Of a stretch of 43,538 nucleotides of DNA, positions 15,923 through 26,359 are shown piece by piece. Every line of letters begins with the position of its first letter. The stretch's first letter is position 1. The DNA is from Phycisphaerales bacterium JB059. GTDB lineage: Bacteria > Planctomycetota > Phycisphaerae > Phycisphaerales > UBA1924. The stretch covers positions 1-43,538 of the forward strand of contig JBITAG010000044.1 in the NCBI GenBank assembly GCA_044439985.1, read 5' to 3'. The notes below the pieces were generated by a model that saw nothing but the letters and a program-made list of their open reading frames with translations, searched no databases and had not been told where the DNA came from. The position numbers and the translations under genes were made by a program.

Positions 15923-18391
15923 ATGGATCGCGAGATGGCCGAGCAGGACCCCAGCCCGGAGCAGGAGATCGACGAGCCCGTCTCGCCGATCGAGCGTCTG
16001 CGCCGTGACTGGAGATCGTCCTGGCAGGCGCCCGCGCTGGTCGTCGCGGGCGTGCTGCTGATCGGCGCCATCCTCTTCTCGATTCTCACGGCGCCGAAGC
16101 CGGACCTTGCCCCCGCCCTGGAGCAGGCCGAGGGCCTGATCGAGGCCGGCAAGAACCAGGAGGCGCTCGACGTCTTCAAGTCCAAGGTGTACCCCTACCT
16201 CGAAGAGGCGGGGGACGTCAGTGCGCTCGGGCGCCGATACCACCTTGGCGTCGCACGGGCCTTGTACCGCGCTCAGGCGGACCTCGGGATCGACCTCGAG
16301 GTCAACCACCGCAATGTGCTGACGCACTACCTGGAGAGCGAGCGTCAGGGCGCGGAGTTGACCCCGGGGGACCGCTACGCCCTGGCGAACACGTATCTCT
16401 CCCTCGACAATCCCGCCGCGGCTCGCGTCCGGGCCGATGAGCTGCCCCCCGAATCGCAGGAGATGCGCGTCTCGATCTACCGGCGCCTGATCGAGCGGGA
16501 TCTTGACGATCAGGGGGCCGACCACGAGCAGGCGTTCGAGATGCTCACCGAGATGCTCGCCGATCCGGCCCTCACCCCGGACGACCGGGCCTGGGCCCTG
16601 GCCCGGCAGACCGAGATCCGGCTCAGGGACGGCTACGACGACGAGGCGATCACCCGGCTGCTGCGCGCGGCGCCGCGGATCGAACGGGCCTCGCCGCAGA
16701 TCCGGGGGCGCCTGCGCCTGCTGCTGGGGCGGGCGTACGTCGGCGTGGGCGCCATGCACGAGGCCGAGCGTCAGTTGCTCGAGGCCCGGCGGATGCTCGA
16801 CCCCGGCGATCAGGAGCAGGGGGAGGCGTTGTATTACCTCTCGCTGGTCGATGACCACCGGGGAGACCTTGAGTCCCAGCGCGACCGGCTGCGACGCGTC
16901 GTCGAAGGCTTCCCCGAGAGCCGAATCTACCGAAGCGCCCTGATGGCGTTGGCTGAATCGGAGGCCGCGGCGGGGCTGACCGACGTGTCGCTGGAGATCT
17001 ACGCGAAGCTTGTCGAAGACATCCGGCGTCACCCGGAGGCCGAGGGGCCCGGGGCGCGTGAGGCGAGCAAGAGCCTGCTCACCCAGAGCCAGGACCGGAT
17101 CACTCGCGACGAGATCGGGCAGGCCCTCGACTTCGCGACCCTGGCCGGGGAGCTGTACTCGATCGACGATCTCCCCGCGGAGGTGCTCGCCGCCCTGGCG
17201 ACCGCGCACCATCGGTCCGCGGAGCAGCTGCTGGCGGGCACGGAGGACGGGCGGCTCGATTCGCTCGATCCCTCGACGCGGGCCGAGACGCAGCGTCACC
17301 TGATCCGGGCCGCGAGCTACTACCGCATGCACGCCGAGGCGTTCGTGCTCAGCGACAACGACCAGTACGCCCGGTCGCTCTGGCTCTCGGCGGACCTGTT
17401 CGACCGGGCGGGTGATCGCGCCGAGGCGATCAACGCGTTCCGGCTCTACGCCGACGGCATCCCGAGCGATCCGCGCAACGCCGAGGCGAGATACCGCCTC
17501 GGGCGGGCGTTCCAGTCGCTCGGCGACCACGAGACCGCGGCGAGCTTCTTCCGCGGGCTGATCGAGGACGCGCGAGACGGGATCGCCGCGGAGATCGGGC
17601 CGTACGCGGACCTGAGCTATGTGCCCCTCGCCCAATCGCTGCTCCACGACAACTCACCCGAGAACGACGAGGAGGCGCGCAACCTGCTGCGGATGATGGT
17701 GAGCGGCGAGCGGGGGGACGCCGAGACCTCGCAGTACCGCGAGGCGCTCGTGGAGCTTGGGCGTGTCCGTTACATGGACGGGGAGTACGAGCGGGCGATC
17801 GAGATCTTCGAAGAGGCGAGGGCCCGCCTCGCGGGGGATCCGCGCAACGTGGAGATCCGTTTCCTTCTGGCTGACGCCTACCGGCTCTCGGCGCAGTCGA
17901 TCACCGATCGGATCGGAACCCAGGCCATGCCCGGGTCAGAGCGTCGTCGGCTCGAGTCGCTCGCCCGTGAGCGGCGGCTGGCGGCGATGGCGGGGTACGA
18001 GCAGGTCCGGGGACAGATCGAGCGGATCGAGCCCGGCAAACGCTCCGCCCTTCAGCAGATCCAGCTCCGCAACAGCTACTTCTTCATGGGGGACTGCGCG
18101 TTCGACCTCGGGGACTACGCCGCCGCGATCCTGCACTACGACCGGGCTCGCGAACGCTACCCGGAAGACCCCGCCTCGCTCGTTGCGATGGTGCAGATCG
18201 TCAACGCGCACATCGAGGAGGGGGATCTGGGGCGAGCGCGGACGGCGAACGAACGCGCCCGACGATTCTACGAGAGCCTCCCCGAAGAGGTCTGGGACGA
18301 CCCGACGCTCCCGATGGGGCGCCGCGACTGGGAACGCTGGCTCGACTCATCGTCACGGCTCTACGAGGTGAGTGTGGCGCCAACCGAATGA
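15923..18391 (+). CDS. large N-terminally membrane-anchored TPR-repeat protein
   Basis: 822 aa. One TM helix (APALVVAGVLLIGAILFSILTA). Many TPR-like pairs, e.g. YRLGRAFQSLGDHETAASFFRGLIE and FFMGDCAFDLGDYAAAILHYDRARERYPEDP. Confidence 0.75.
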   Translation: MDREMAEQDPSPEQEIDEPVSPIERLRRDWRSSWQAPALVVAGVLLIGAILFSILTAPKPDLAPALEQAEGLIEAGKNQEALDVFKSKVYPYLEEAGDVSALGRRYHLGVARALYRAQADLGIDLEVNHRNVLTHYLESERQGAELTPGDRYALANTYLSLDNPAAARVRADELPPESQEMRVSIYRRLIERDLDDQGADHEQAFEMLTEMLADPALTPDDRAWALARQTEIRLRDGYDDEAITRLLRAAPRIERASPQIRGRLRLLLGRAYVGVGAMHEAERQLLEARRMLDPGDQEQGEALYYLSLVDDHRGDLESQRDRLRRVVEGFPESRIYRSALMALAESEAAAGLTDVSLEIYAKLVEDIRRHPEAEGPGAREASKSLLTQSQDRITRDEIGQALDFATLAGELYSIDDLPAEVLAALATAHHRSAEQLLAGTEDGRLDSLDPSTRAETQRHLIRAASYYRMHAEAFVLSDNDQYARSLWLSADLFDRAGDRAEAINAFRLYADGIPSDPRNAEARYRLGRAFQSLGDHETAASFFRGLIEDARDGIAAEIGPYADLSYVPLAQSLLHDNSPENDEEARNLLRMMVSGERGDAETSQYREALVELGRVRYMDGEYERAIEIFEEARARLAGDPRNVEIRFLLADAYRLSAQSITDRIGTQAMPGSERRRLESLARERRLAAMAGYEQVRGQIERIEPGKRSALQQIQLRNSYFFMGDCAFDLGDYAAAILHYDRARERYPEDPASLVAMVQIVNAHIEEGDLGRARTANERARRFYESLPEEVWDDPTLPMGRRDWERWLDSSSRLYEVSVAPTE

Positions 18392-18428
18392 ACGCCCGGG
18401 CACGGACGCCCGCGCAGAGAGGTCACGG

Positions 18429-18908
18429 ATGACCGACGACACCGACTTCAACACGACTGACGACGCCAGCTGGGCCGACGGGCTTGAACGCCGGCTCACG
18501 CTCGCCGAGGAACTCTTCGAGCAGCTCGGCTCGCTCGGGCGCCGGCAGCGTGAGCTGATCGAGGCGGGGGACGCGGTCGGCGTGCTCGATCTTCTGCGGG
18601 AGCGTCAGGAGGTTGTCGACCGGATCAGCGAGAACTCGGAGCGGATCGAGCCGTTCCGGACGCGGTGGGACCGGGTCGCGCCGACCCTGGCGCCGGAGCG
18701 TCGACAGCTCATCCAGGCCCGCCTCGACTCGCTCACCGACGCCGCCGGCCAGATCGCCCGGAAGGACGAGGAAGACCGGCGCGCGCTGGAACGCAAGCGC
18801 GACGAACTGGCCCGCGAACTCTCCGGGGTGTCCACGGGGAAGGCGGCGCTCTCGGCGTACGCCGAGCCCAAGCCGAACGGCCCGAGATTCCAGGACCGGG
18901 AGGGCTGA
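18429..18908 (+). CDS. flgN: FlgN-family flagellar export chaperone-like protein
   Basis: All-helical 159-aa protein with the FlgN-like pattern LAEELFEQLGSLGRRQRELIEAGDAVGVLDLLRERQEVVDRI...RRQLIQARLDSL and tail KAALSAYA. Start at ATG 18429 with a GAGAGG RBS. Its stop overlaps the kinase start (TGATG). Confidence 0.55.
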   Translation: MTDDTDFNTTDDASWADGLERRLTLAEELFEQLGSLGRRQRELIEAGDAVGVLDLLRERQEVVDRISENSERIEPFRTRWDRVAPTLAPERRQLIQARLDSLTDAAGQIARKDEEDRRALERKRDELARELSGVSTGKAALSAYAEPKPNGPRFQDREG

Positions 18909-19840
18909 TGGGGGACGCCGGCGCCATGTTGGAAGCGGTCAGGAGCCACGCGATGACCCCCAGCGATCTGGGGGAACTCGTCAGCGCGTTCTCGGAGGTC
19001 ACCGCCCGCCTCGAGGGGACGCATGCCCAGCTGCGCGCCGAGGTCGCGCGCCTCTCGAACGAACTCCGGGAGGCGAACGAGCAGCTGCAGCGGTCGCGTC
19101 GTCTCGCCGCGCTCGGGGAGATGGCCGCGGGGATCAGCCACGAGATCCGCAACCCGCTGGCCTCGATCCGCCTGTACGCGAGGATGCTCGACGAGGACCT
19201 GGCTGATCGCCCGGAGCAACAACGCAACGCGCAGAAGATCGGGGGTGCGGTCTCCCGCCTGGACGCCATCGTGGGGGACGTGCTCAGCTTCGCGCGCGAG
19301 ATCCGCATCCGGCCCGAGCCGGTGAACGCGGGGGAGCTGTTCGACGACGCGCTGTGCGTCTGCGAGATCGGCTCGACGCGGGTCACCCGGGAGGGTGACG
19401 AACTCTCGATCAGCGCGGACCCGACCCTGACCCACCAGGCGCTCGTCAATCTGGTCCGCAACGCGGTTGACGCGGGCGGGGAGGCGATCACGCTCAGCGC
19501 TCGGCGCGAGACGGAGGTCGATGGCTCCGGCGTCGCCCGGCACTGGTCGGTGCTCGGCGTGCGAGACACCGGTCCGGGCATCGAGCCGGACGTGATCGAG
19601 CGCATGTTCAACCCGTTCTTCACGACGCGCGCCACGGGCACGGGCCTGGGCCTCGCGATCGTCCATCGGATCCTCGACGCCCACGGGGGACGCGTCGAGG
19701 TCCGCAACAACGCCCACGCCCAGCCGGGCGCCCCGGGCGCCACCGTCGAACTCTGGCTTCCCGAACGAGACGAGTCTCGGGACACGCCCGATCAGCCCAG
19801 CCAACCCCAGCACGCCGACGCCAGGACGGCGGCGGCCTAG
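18908..19840 (+). CDS. soluble sensor histidine kinase (FlgS/FleS-like)
   Basis: No TM segment. ~70-aa coiled-coil N-terminus. H-box LGEMAAGISHEIRNPLASI. N box LVNLVRNAVDA. G boxes RDTGPGI and GTGLGLAIV. Confidence 0.9.
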   Translation: MGDAGAMLEAVRSHAMTPSDLGELVSAFSEVTARLEGTHAQLRAEVARLSNELREANEQLQRSRRLAALGEMAAGISHEIRNPLASIRLYARMLDEDLADRPEQQRNAQKIGGAVSRLDAIVGDVLSFAREIRIRPEPVNAGELFDDALCVCEIGSTRVTREGDELSISADPTLTHQALVNLVRNAVDAGGEAITLSARRETEVDGSGVARHWSVLGVRDTGPGIEPDVIERMFNPFFTTRATGTGLGLAIVHRILDAHGGRVEVRNNAHAQPGAPGATVELWLPERDESRDTPDQPSQPQHADARTAAA

Positions 19841-19859
19841 CCGTGATGGAGCACGCCCG

Positions 19860-21315
<1,456 letters not shown>

Positions 21316-21335
<20 letters not shown>

Positions 21336-21364
21336 TTGGCCGGAATCCCGGCCCGCCGTTTGCG
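21316..21364 (+). promoter_or_regulatory. two overlapping weak sigma-54 -24/-12 candidates upstream of flgB
   Basis: TGGTGA-gccag-TCGCT (GG 21317-18, GC 21329-30) and CGGCCC-gccgt-TTGCG (GG 21350-51, GC 21362-63). Both have the GG-N10-GC spacing. Neither has a full TGGCAC. Confidence 0.25.
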
Positions 21365-21379
21365 TGCCCGAACCAGGAG

Positions 21380-21826
21380 ATGGCGACCATGATCGAGAGC
21401 CTCGGAACCGCCGGAGCAATCCCCGCGCTGGAGATGACCCTCCAGTTCGCGGGCGCGCGCCAGCGGGTGATCGCCCACAATATCGCCAACATCGACACCC
21501 CGAACTTCCAGCCCAAGGACGCCGATCCGCGGGACTTTCAGAAGGTCCTCGGCGAGGCGATCCAGCAACGCCGGGAGCGCAACGGGGGAACCTCCGGCGC
21601 CCTGGAGTGGAAGGAATCCCGCCAGGTCCGTCGTGGACCGGGCGGAACCCTCCGGCTCGATCCCCAGACCCCCTCGGGCAACGTCCTTTTCCACGACCGC
21701 AACTCGAGGGATCTCGAGCGGACCATGCAGGACCTGGTCGAGAACGCGGGCGTGTACCGCGTCGCCACGGACCTGCTCCGGAGCCGGTACCAGATCATCC
21801 AGTCCGCGATCGCAGAGCGCGTGTAA
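21380..21826 (+). CDS. flgB: flagellar basal-body rod protein FlgB
   Basis: AGGAG RBS directly upstream of ATG 21380. QRVIAHNIANIDTPNFQPKD rod N-terminal motif. First gene of the rod/MS-ring block. Confidence 0.9.
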   Translation: MATMIESLGTAGAIPALEMTLQFAGARQRVIAHNIANIDTPNFQPKDADPRDFQKVLGEAIQQRRERNGGTSGALEWKESRQVRRGPGGTLRLDPQTPSGNVLFHDRNSRDLERTMQDLVENAGVYRVATDLLRSRYQIIQSAIAERV

Positions 21827-21842
21827 TAAGTAAGGAAGAGCC

Positions 21843-22259
21843 ATGTACGGCGCCCTCGACATCTCGACCAGCGGCATGATCGCCCAGCGGACCCGGCTGA
21901 CCACCATCGCCGCCAACATCGCCAACGCCGACACCCTCGTCAACGCCCAGGGGGAGTACGACCCGTATCGGCGCCGGATCGTCAGCTTCGCGCCGGGGGA
22001 CCCCGGCGCCCGGTCTGAGGAGGCCCGGTCGATGGGGGTCCACGTCTCGGGGATCGACCTCGACCGCGCCCCCTTGGTGCCCAAGCACGACCCGGACAGT
22101 CCCTACGCCGACGAGAAAGGGTACGTGATGACCCCGAACATCAATCCGGTGGTGGAGCAGATCAACGCGATGGAGACGGCCCGGGCGTACGAGGCCAACG
22201 TGGTGGCCGCCGAGACCACCAAGACGATGATGGCACAGGCGTTGCGTCTGCTGGCGTAG
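21843..22259 (+). CDS. flgC: flagellar basal-body rod protein FlgC
   Basis: MYGALDISTSGMIAQRTRLTTIAANIANADT ... NPVVEQINAMETARAYEANVVAAETTKTMMAQALRL, canonical FlgC termini. Confidence 0.95.
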   Translation: MYGALDISTSGMIAQRTRLTTIAANIANADTLVNAQGEYDPYRRRIVSFAPGDPGARSEEARSMGVHVSGIDLDRAPLVPKHDPDSPYADEKGYVMTPNINPVVEQINAMETARAYEANVVAAETTKTMMAQALRLLA

Positions 22260-22308
22260 GCAGAGGGCTCACCGGTCTCAACCGGGTGGGCCTCGTGGAG
22301 ACTTTGTA

Positions 22309-22620
22309 ATGAGCGATCCCCTCGGACTGGTCGGAAGCGGCTCGGGTGTTCCCCAGCCCCCGATCCGCCCCAACGCCAAGCCTCAGCAGGGCGCCGGCGC
22401 TCCGGACTTCAAGTCCGTGCTGATCGACAATCTCCAGCAGGTCAACGAGTTGGAGCAGGACGCAACCCGCGCCGTCGAGGACCTGCTCACCGGCAAGCGA
22501 GACGACCTCGAAGGGGTCATCCTCGCCACCGAGAAGGCCGACTCGGCCTTCCGGATGCTCCAGTCGATGCGGAACAAGGTCATGCAGGCCTACGACGAGA
22601 TCAAGCAGATCCGCGTCTGA
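22309..22620 (+). CDS. fliE: flagellar hook-basal body complex protein FliE
   Basis: FKSVLIDNLQQVNELEQDATRAVEDLLTGKRDDLEGVILATEKADSAFRMLQSMRNKVMQAYDEI. Confidence 0.9.
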   Translation: MSDPLGLVGSGSGVPQPPIRPNAKPQQGAGAPDFKSVLIDNLQQVNELEQDATRAVEDLLTGKRDDLEGVILATEKADSAFRMLQSMRNKVMQAYDEIKQIRV

Positions 22621-22636
22621 GCCGCCCGGGCGGCCC

Positions 22637-22670
22637 GCGCAGATTCTGCTCGGCTCGGCCGCATCTGCGC
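22637..22670 (+). terminator. hairpin in the 184-nt fliE-fliF spacer (possible attenuator/terminator/processing site)
   Basis: GCGCAGAT-18 nt-ATCTGCGC, preceded by the 14-nt palindrome GCCGCCCGGGCGGC (22621-22634) that starts right after the fliE stop. Confidence 0.25.
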
Positions 22671-22804
22671 TCAGGCAAGAGACCTTTGCGCGTGTTTCAA
22701 GCGAGCCCGCCCTGTTGTCCGAAAGGGGTTGGGCGTAGCGGTCACTTACCCGCTGCGTCCCGTCGTGCGGAGCGCGTCGGGCAGGGCACGGAGGCCGCAT
22801 TCGG

Positions 22805-24490
22805 ATGAATCAGCTGCGTCAGGCGGTTGCCACCATCCAGACGTATCTCGGGCGGATGACCGCCAGCCAGAAGCTGCTTGTCGGCTCGCTGGCGGTCATT
22901 GCGTTGATGACCTTCTTCGTGGTCAGCCGCTACGCCGCCCGCCCGACCCTCGTGGACCTGATGCAGGACGACCCGAACCTGCGGATGGTCGATTCGCTGC
23001 AGGCCGCGGGCATCCACGCCACCACCGAGAACGGTCGCCTGATGGTCCCCGAGACCCAGCGACTCAGCGCCCTGGCGATGCTCGGCCAGCGCGGGCAGCT
23101 CCCCTCCGACACCGTCACCCTCTTCGAGAACCTGGCCGAGCGACAGGACTGGAAGAACTCCCGTCAGCAGAACCGCACGCAGTACAACCTCGCCCTCCAG
23201 AACGAACTGGCCCGGATCATCTCCCGGTTCCACGGCGTCAAGAGCGCCAGCGTCATCATCGACATCCCGGACCGGGGGGGGCTCGGTCGGACCGCCCGGG
23301 CGCCGACCGCCTCGGCCACCGTCTTCACCTCCTCGGGGGGCGCTCTCGACCAGGGGACCGTTGACGCCGTGGCCAACCTCGTCGCGGGCGCCAGCGCCGG
23401 CCTGGAGGTGAGCACCGTGCGCGTGATCGACGGCTCCACCGGGCGCCAGCGCAAGCCGTCCGGTGAGGACGACTTCCTCGCGACCTCCTACATCGAGCAC
23501 ACCGCCCGCGCCGAGGTGATGACTCAGCGCAAGCTGGCGGAGCTTCTCTCGCACGTCCCCGGCGTGGTTGTGGCGGTGACCGCGCAGGTCGATGTCACCC
23601 GCGTCAGCACGCGGACCAACCGGTACCTCAACAAGGGGGAGGGGACGATCTCGCTTCCCCGGTCGGAGACGAGCCTTTCTGAAACCGAGTCCTTCCGCTC
23701 CCAGGGGGGCGAGCCGGGGGTGCGTTCCAACACCTCCGCGGACATTTCCACGGGCGCCGGCGGGGGGGGGACGAGCTTCGAGAAGACGAACGAGTCGATC
23801 GACAACGACAACTTCCCCGGCGTGGAAGAGAAGCAGGTGGTGGACCCGCGCGGATCGCCGACCTTCCTTGCCGCCTCCGTCAACATCCCGCAGGGCTACA
23901 TCGAGGAACTCGTCCGCCGGAGCAAGGGGGATGAGAACGCGGAGGTGACCGAGCAGGAGGTCCAGGAGAAGTTCGCCACCATCCGCCCCGAGATCGAGGC
24001 CAGCCTCAAACCACACGTCACCGCGCGGGCGCCCGATGGGAGCCCGATCGATGGCGAGGTGCAGGTCTCGATGATCCCCGTCGCCCTGCTCGACGTCGCG
24101 CCGGCGGCGGCGCAGGCCGGGTTCCTGAGCACGCTTACCTCGGGGGGCGCCGGCGGGGGAGGCGGTGGGCTCGGCGGGATCGTGAACACCGCGGTGGTGG
24201 CGCTGCTCGCCGTCGTCGCCCTGGGGATGATGGTCATGATGGTCCGCAAGAGTTCCCGACCGATCGAGCTGCCCACGCCGGAGGAACTCGTCGGCATCCC
24301 GCCCGCGCTCCAGGCCGACTCGGACCTGGTGGGCGAGGCGGACGAGTCCGACGCGCCGATGCCCGGGATCGAACTCGGTGACGACGAGATCAAGCGGGCG
24401 AAGCTGCTCGAACAGGTCGCCGAGATGGTCAAGCAGAACCCCGAGACCGCCGCGTCGCTCCTCAGCCGCTGGATCGAGGCCGCCCACTGA
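22805..24490 (+). CDS. fliF: flagellar MS-ring protein FliF
   Basis: 561 aa. GGAGG 10 nt upstream of the ATG. N-terminal TM (LLVGSLAVIALMTFFVV) and C-terminal TM (VVALLAVVALGMMVMMV). YscJ/FliF-type periplasmic region. Acidic FliG-binding C-terminus. Confidence 0.95.
   Translation: MNQLRQAVATIQTYLGRMTASQKLLVGSLAVIALMTFFVVSRYAARPTLVDLMQDDPNLRMVDSLQAAGIHATTENGRLMVPETQRLSALAMLGQRGQLPSDTVTLFENLAERQDWKNSRQQNRTQYNLALQNELARIISRFHGVKSASVIIDIPDRGGLGRTARAPTASATVFTSSGGALDQGTVDAVANLVAGASAGLEVSTVRVIDGSTGRQRKPSGEDDFLATSYIEHTARAEVMTQRKLAELLSHVPGVVVAVTAQVDVTRVSTRTNRYLNKGEGTISLPRSETSLSETESFRSQGGEPGVRSNTSADISTGAGGGGTSFEKTNESIDNDNFPGVEEKQVVDPRGSPTFLAASVNIPQGYIEELVRRSKGDENAEVTEQEVQEKFATIRPEIEASLKPHVTARAPDGSPIDGEVQVSMIPVALLDVAPAAAQAGFLSTLTSGGAGGGGGGLGGIVNTAVVALLAVVALGMMVMMVRKSSRPIELPTPEELVGIPPALQADSDLVGEADESDAPMPGIELGDDEIKRAKLLEQVAEMVKQNPETAASLLSRWIEAAH
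23762..23770 (+). repeat. G9 homopolymer inside fliF (codes part of GAGGGGT)
   Basis: Read directly: c-ggggggggg-a at 23761-23771. Confidence 0.9.
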
Positions 24491-24511
24491 CGCTCACGCC
24501 AGGAACCGATC

Positions 24512-25552
24512 GTGCCGCGCAAGCCGAACGAGAAACTCCCGACCAACCCCAACGAACTCGAGGGACTCTCGAAGGCGGCCATCGTGCTCCTCGCGATCGG
24601 GCAGGACGGCGCCTCCGAGGTCCTCAAGAACCTCCCCGCCGAGCAGGTCGAGGAAGTCACCCGCGAGCTGGCCAGCCTCGGACGCGTTCCCGACGACCTC
24701 CAGTCCGCGGTGATCGAGGAGTTCTACGGCGTCAGCATCGCCAGCGGGCACGCGAGCGAGGGGAATCTCGACTTTGCGAAGAAGATCCTGCTCGACTCGC
24801 TCGAACCCGGACAGGCCGACCGCGTCCTCCAACAGATCCAGACGCAGGTACAGAAGACCCCCTTCAGCTTCCTCCAGCGCGCCGAGAGTGAGAACCTGCT
24901 GACGTTCATCCAGGACGAGCACCCCCAGACCATCGCCCTAATCACGTGCCACCTCGGGCACCACAAGGCCGCGGAGATCCTGGGAGGGCTTCCACTCCAG
25001 AAGCAGATCGAGGTCATCAAGCGGATGGCCAACATGGAGCAGACCAACCCCGAGGTGATCCGGGAGGTCGAACGCGGGCTCGAGTCCCGGCTGAGTTCGA
25101 TGCTCGTCCAGTCGATGGAGAAGGCCGGCGGCATCCCGACCGTCTCCGAGATCCTCAACCTGGCCGACCGGGCGACGGAGAAGTCGATCATGGAGGGGCT
25201 CGAGGCGGAGGACCCGGACCTGGTCGAGCAGATCCGTCGCCTCATGTTCGTCTTCGAGGACATCATGCTCGTCAACGACAAGGGCATCCAGGCCGTGCTC
25301 AAGGAGATCGAGAACGACGAACTCTCCCTTGCCCTCAAGACGGCCTCTCCGGAGCTGCAGGAGAAGATCTTCGGCAACATGTCCGAACGAGCCGCCGGGC
25401 TCATCAAGGAGGACATGGAGATCATGGGCCCGGTTCGTGTCTCCGACGTCGAAGCGGCCCAGCAACGCATCGTGGACATTGTCCGGCGTCTCGAGGAGGC
25501 CGGCGAAGTCATCATCGACGGTCGGGGCGGCGAGTCCGATCTGATCGTCTGA
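24512..25552 (+). CDS. fliG: flagellar motor switch protein FliG
   Basis: AAIVLLAIGQDGASEVLKNL, EHPQTIALI, MFVFEDI, and C-terminal torque helix region AQQRIVDIVRRLEEAGEV. Confidence 0.95.
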   Translation: MPRKPNEKLPTNPNELEGLSKAAIVLLAIGQDGASEVLKNLPAEQVEEVTRELASLGRVPDDLQSAVIEEFYGVSIASGHASEGNLDFAKKILLDSLEPGQADRVLQQIQTQVQKTPFSFLQRAESENLLTFIQDEHPQTIALITCHLGHHKAAEILGGLPLQKQIEVIKRMANMEQTNPEVIREVERGLESRLSSMLVQSMEKAGGIPTVSEILNLADRATEKSIMEGLEAEDPDLVEQIRRLMFVFEDIMLVNDKGIQAVLKEIENDELSLALKTASPELQEKIFGNMSERAAGLIKEDMEIMGPVRVSDVEAAQQRIVDIVRRLEEAGEVIIDGRGGESDLIV

Positions 25553-25567
25553 CCCCGGAGCGACGCC

Positions 25568-26359
25568 GTGCCCATCATCCGAAGAGCCGACGCCGAAGAG
25601 TTCGCACGCGACGCCGTGGTCCTCAATCTCCACGACCTGGAGCGTCAGGGCGCGGACCTCACCCGCCAGGCCCAGGCCGAGGCCGAGCGGATCGTCGCCG
25701 CGGCCGAGGCCGAACGCGATCGGCTGCTCCAGAACGCGCACGAGGAAGGGTTCAAGGCTGGGCGTGAGGCGGGGTTCACCGAGGGGAGGAACGCCGGGCT
25801 CGAGGAAGGACGGGCCCAGGCGATGCAGGAGCTGGCCCCCGCGCTCCGTGCGATCAGCGAGCGCTGGTCCGAGACCCTCGAGGCCGTTATCGCTCAGCGC
25901 GACCAGATGCTCGTGGAGGCCCGCACGGACATTGTGCGTCTCGCGGCGCTCATCGCCCAGCGCGTCACCAAACGCGTGACCGAACTCGACCCGGGCGTGG
26001 TGGAAGCGCAGATGCGTGAGGCCCTCGCGCTCCTCTCGTCCAGGACCACGCCGCGCGTCGCCGTCCACCCGGAGGACGAGCCGCTGGCCCGTCAGGCGTT
26101 GCCCGATCTGCTCGCCCGGTTTGAGCAGGCCGAGCACATCGAACTGCTCACCGACCCCCGGCTCGACCGCGGCTCCTGCGTCCTGCGTACGCCCACCGGG
26201 GGACGGATCGACGCGACCATCTCCGCCCAGCTCGATCGCATCGTCGCCGACCTGCTCCCCGACGACGGGAACCCCGCCCCGCCCGCCTCCATCCGGGACC
26301 AGGCGCCCGCCCCCGCGGACGACCCGGACGCCCGACCCGACGAGCGAGAAGCCGCGTGA
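25568..26359 (+). CDS. fliH: flagellar export apparatus protein FliH
   Basis: Position between fliG and fliI. Charged coiled coil QAEAERIVAAAEAERDRLLQNAHEEGFKAG. C-terminal FliH/YscL-like domain. Its stop overlaps the fliI start (GTGA). Confidence 0.75.
   Translation: MPIIRRADAEEFARDAVVLNLHDLERQGADLTRQAQAEAERIVAAAEAERDRLLQNAHEEGFKAGREAGFTEGRNAGLEEGRAQAMQELAPALRAISERWSETLEAVIAQRDQMLVEARTDIVRLAALIAQRVTKRVTELDPGVVEAQMREALALLSSRTTPRVAVHPEDEPLARQALPDLLARFEQAEHIELLTDPRLDRGSCVLRTPTGGRIDATISAQLDRIVADLLPDDGNPAPPASIRDQAPAPADDPDARPDEREAA

Noticed and set aside
13568-17647. 1359-aa ORF on the minus strand, the longest in the track
   Set aside because: It runs antisense across three well-supported plus-strand genes (lipoprotein, RDD protein, TPR protein). 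Its translation is R/G/P/D-rich low-complexity text with no recognisable motif. Stop-free antisense frames are expected at this GC content, and the plus-strand frames carry the GC3 bias.
22784-22799. GGGCACGGAGGCCGCA upstream of fliF, which has sigma-54-like GG-N10-GC spacing
   Set aside because: It lies only 6 nt before the fliF ATG, so the transcript would start inside the gene. The GGAGG within it is far better explained as the fliF Shine-Dalgarno sequence. The -12 element is CCGC, not TTGC.
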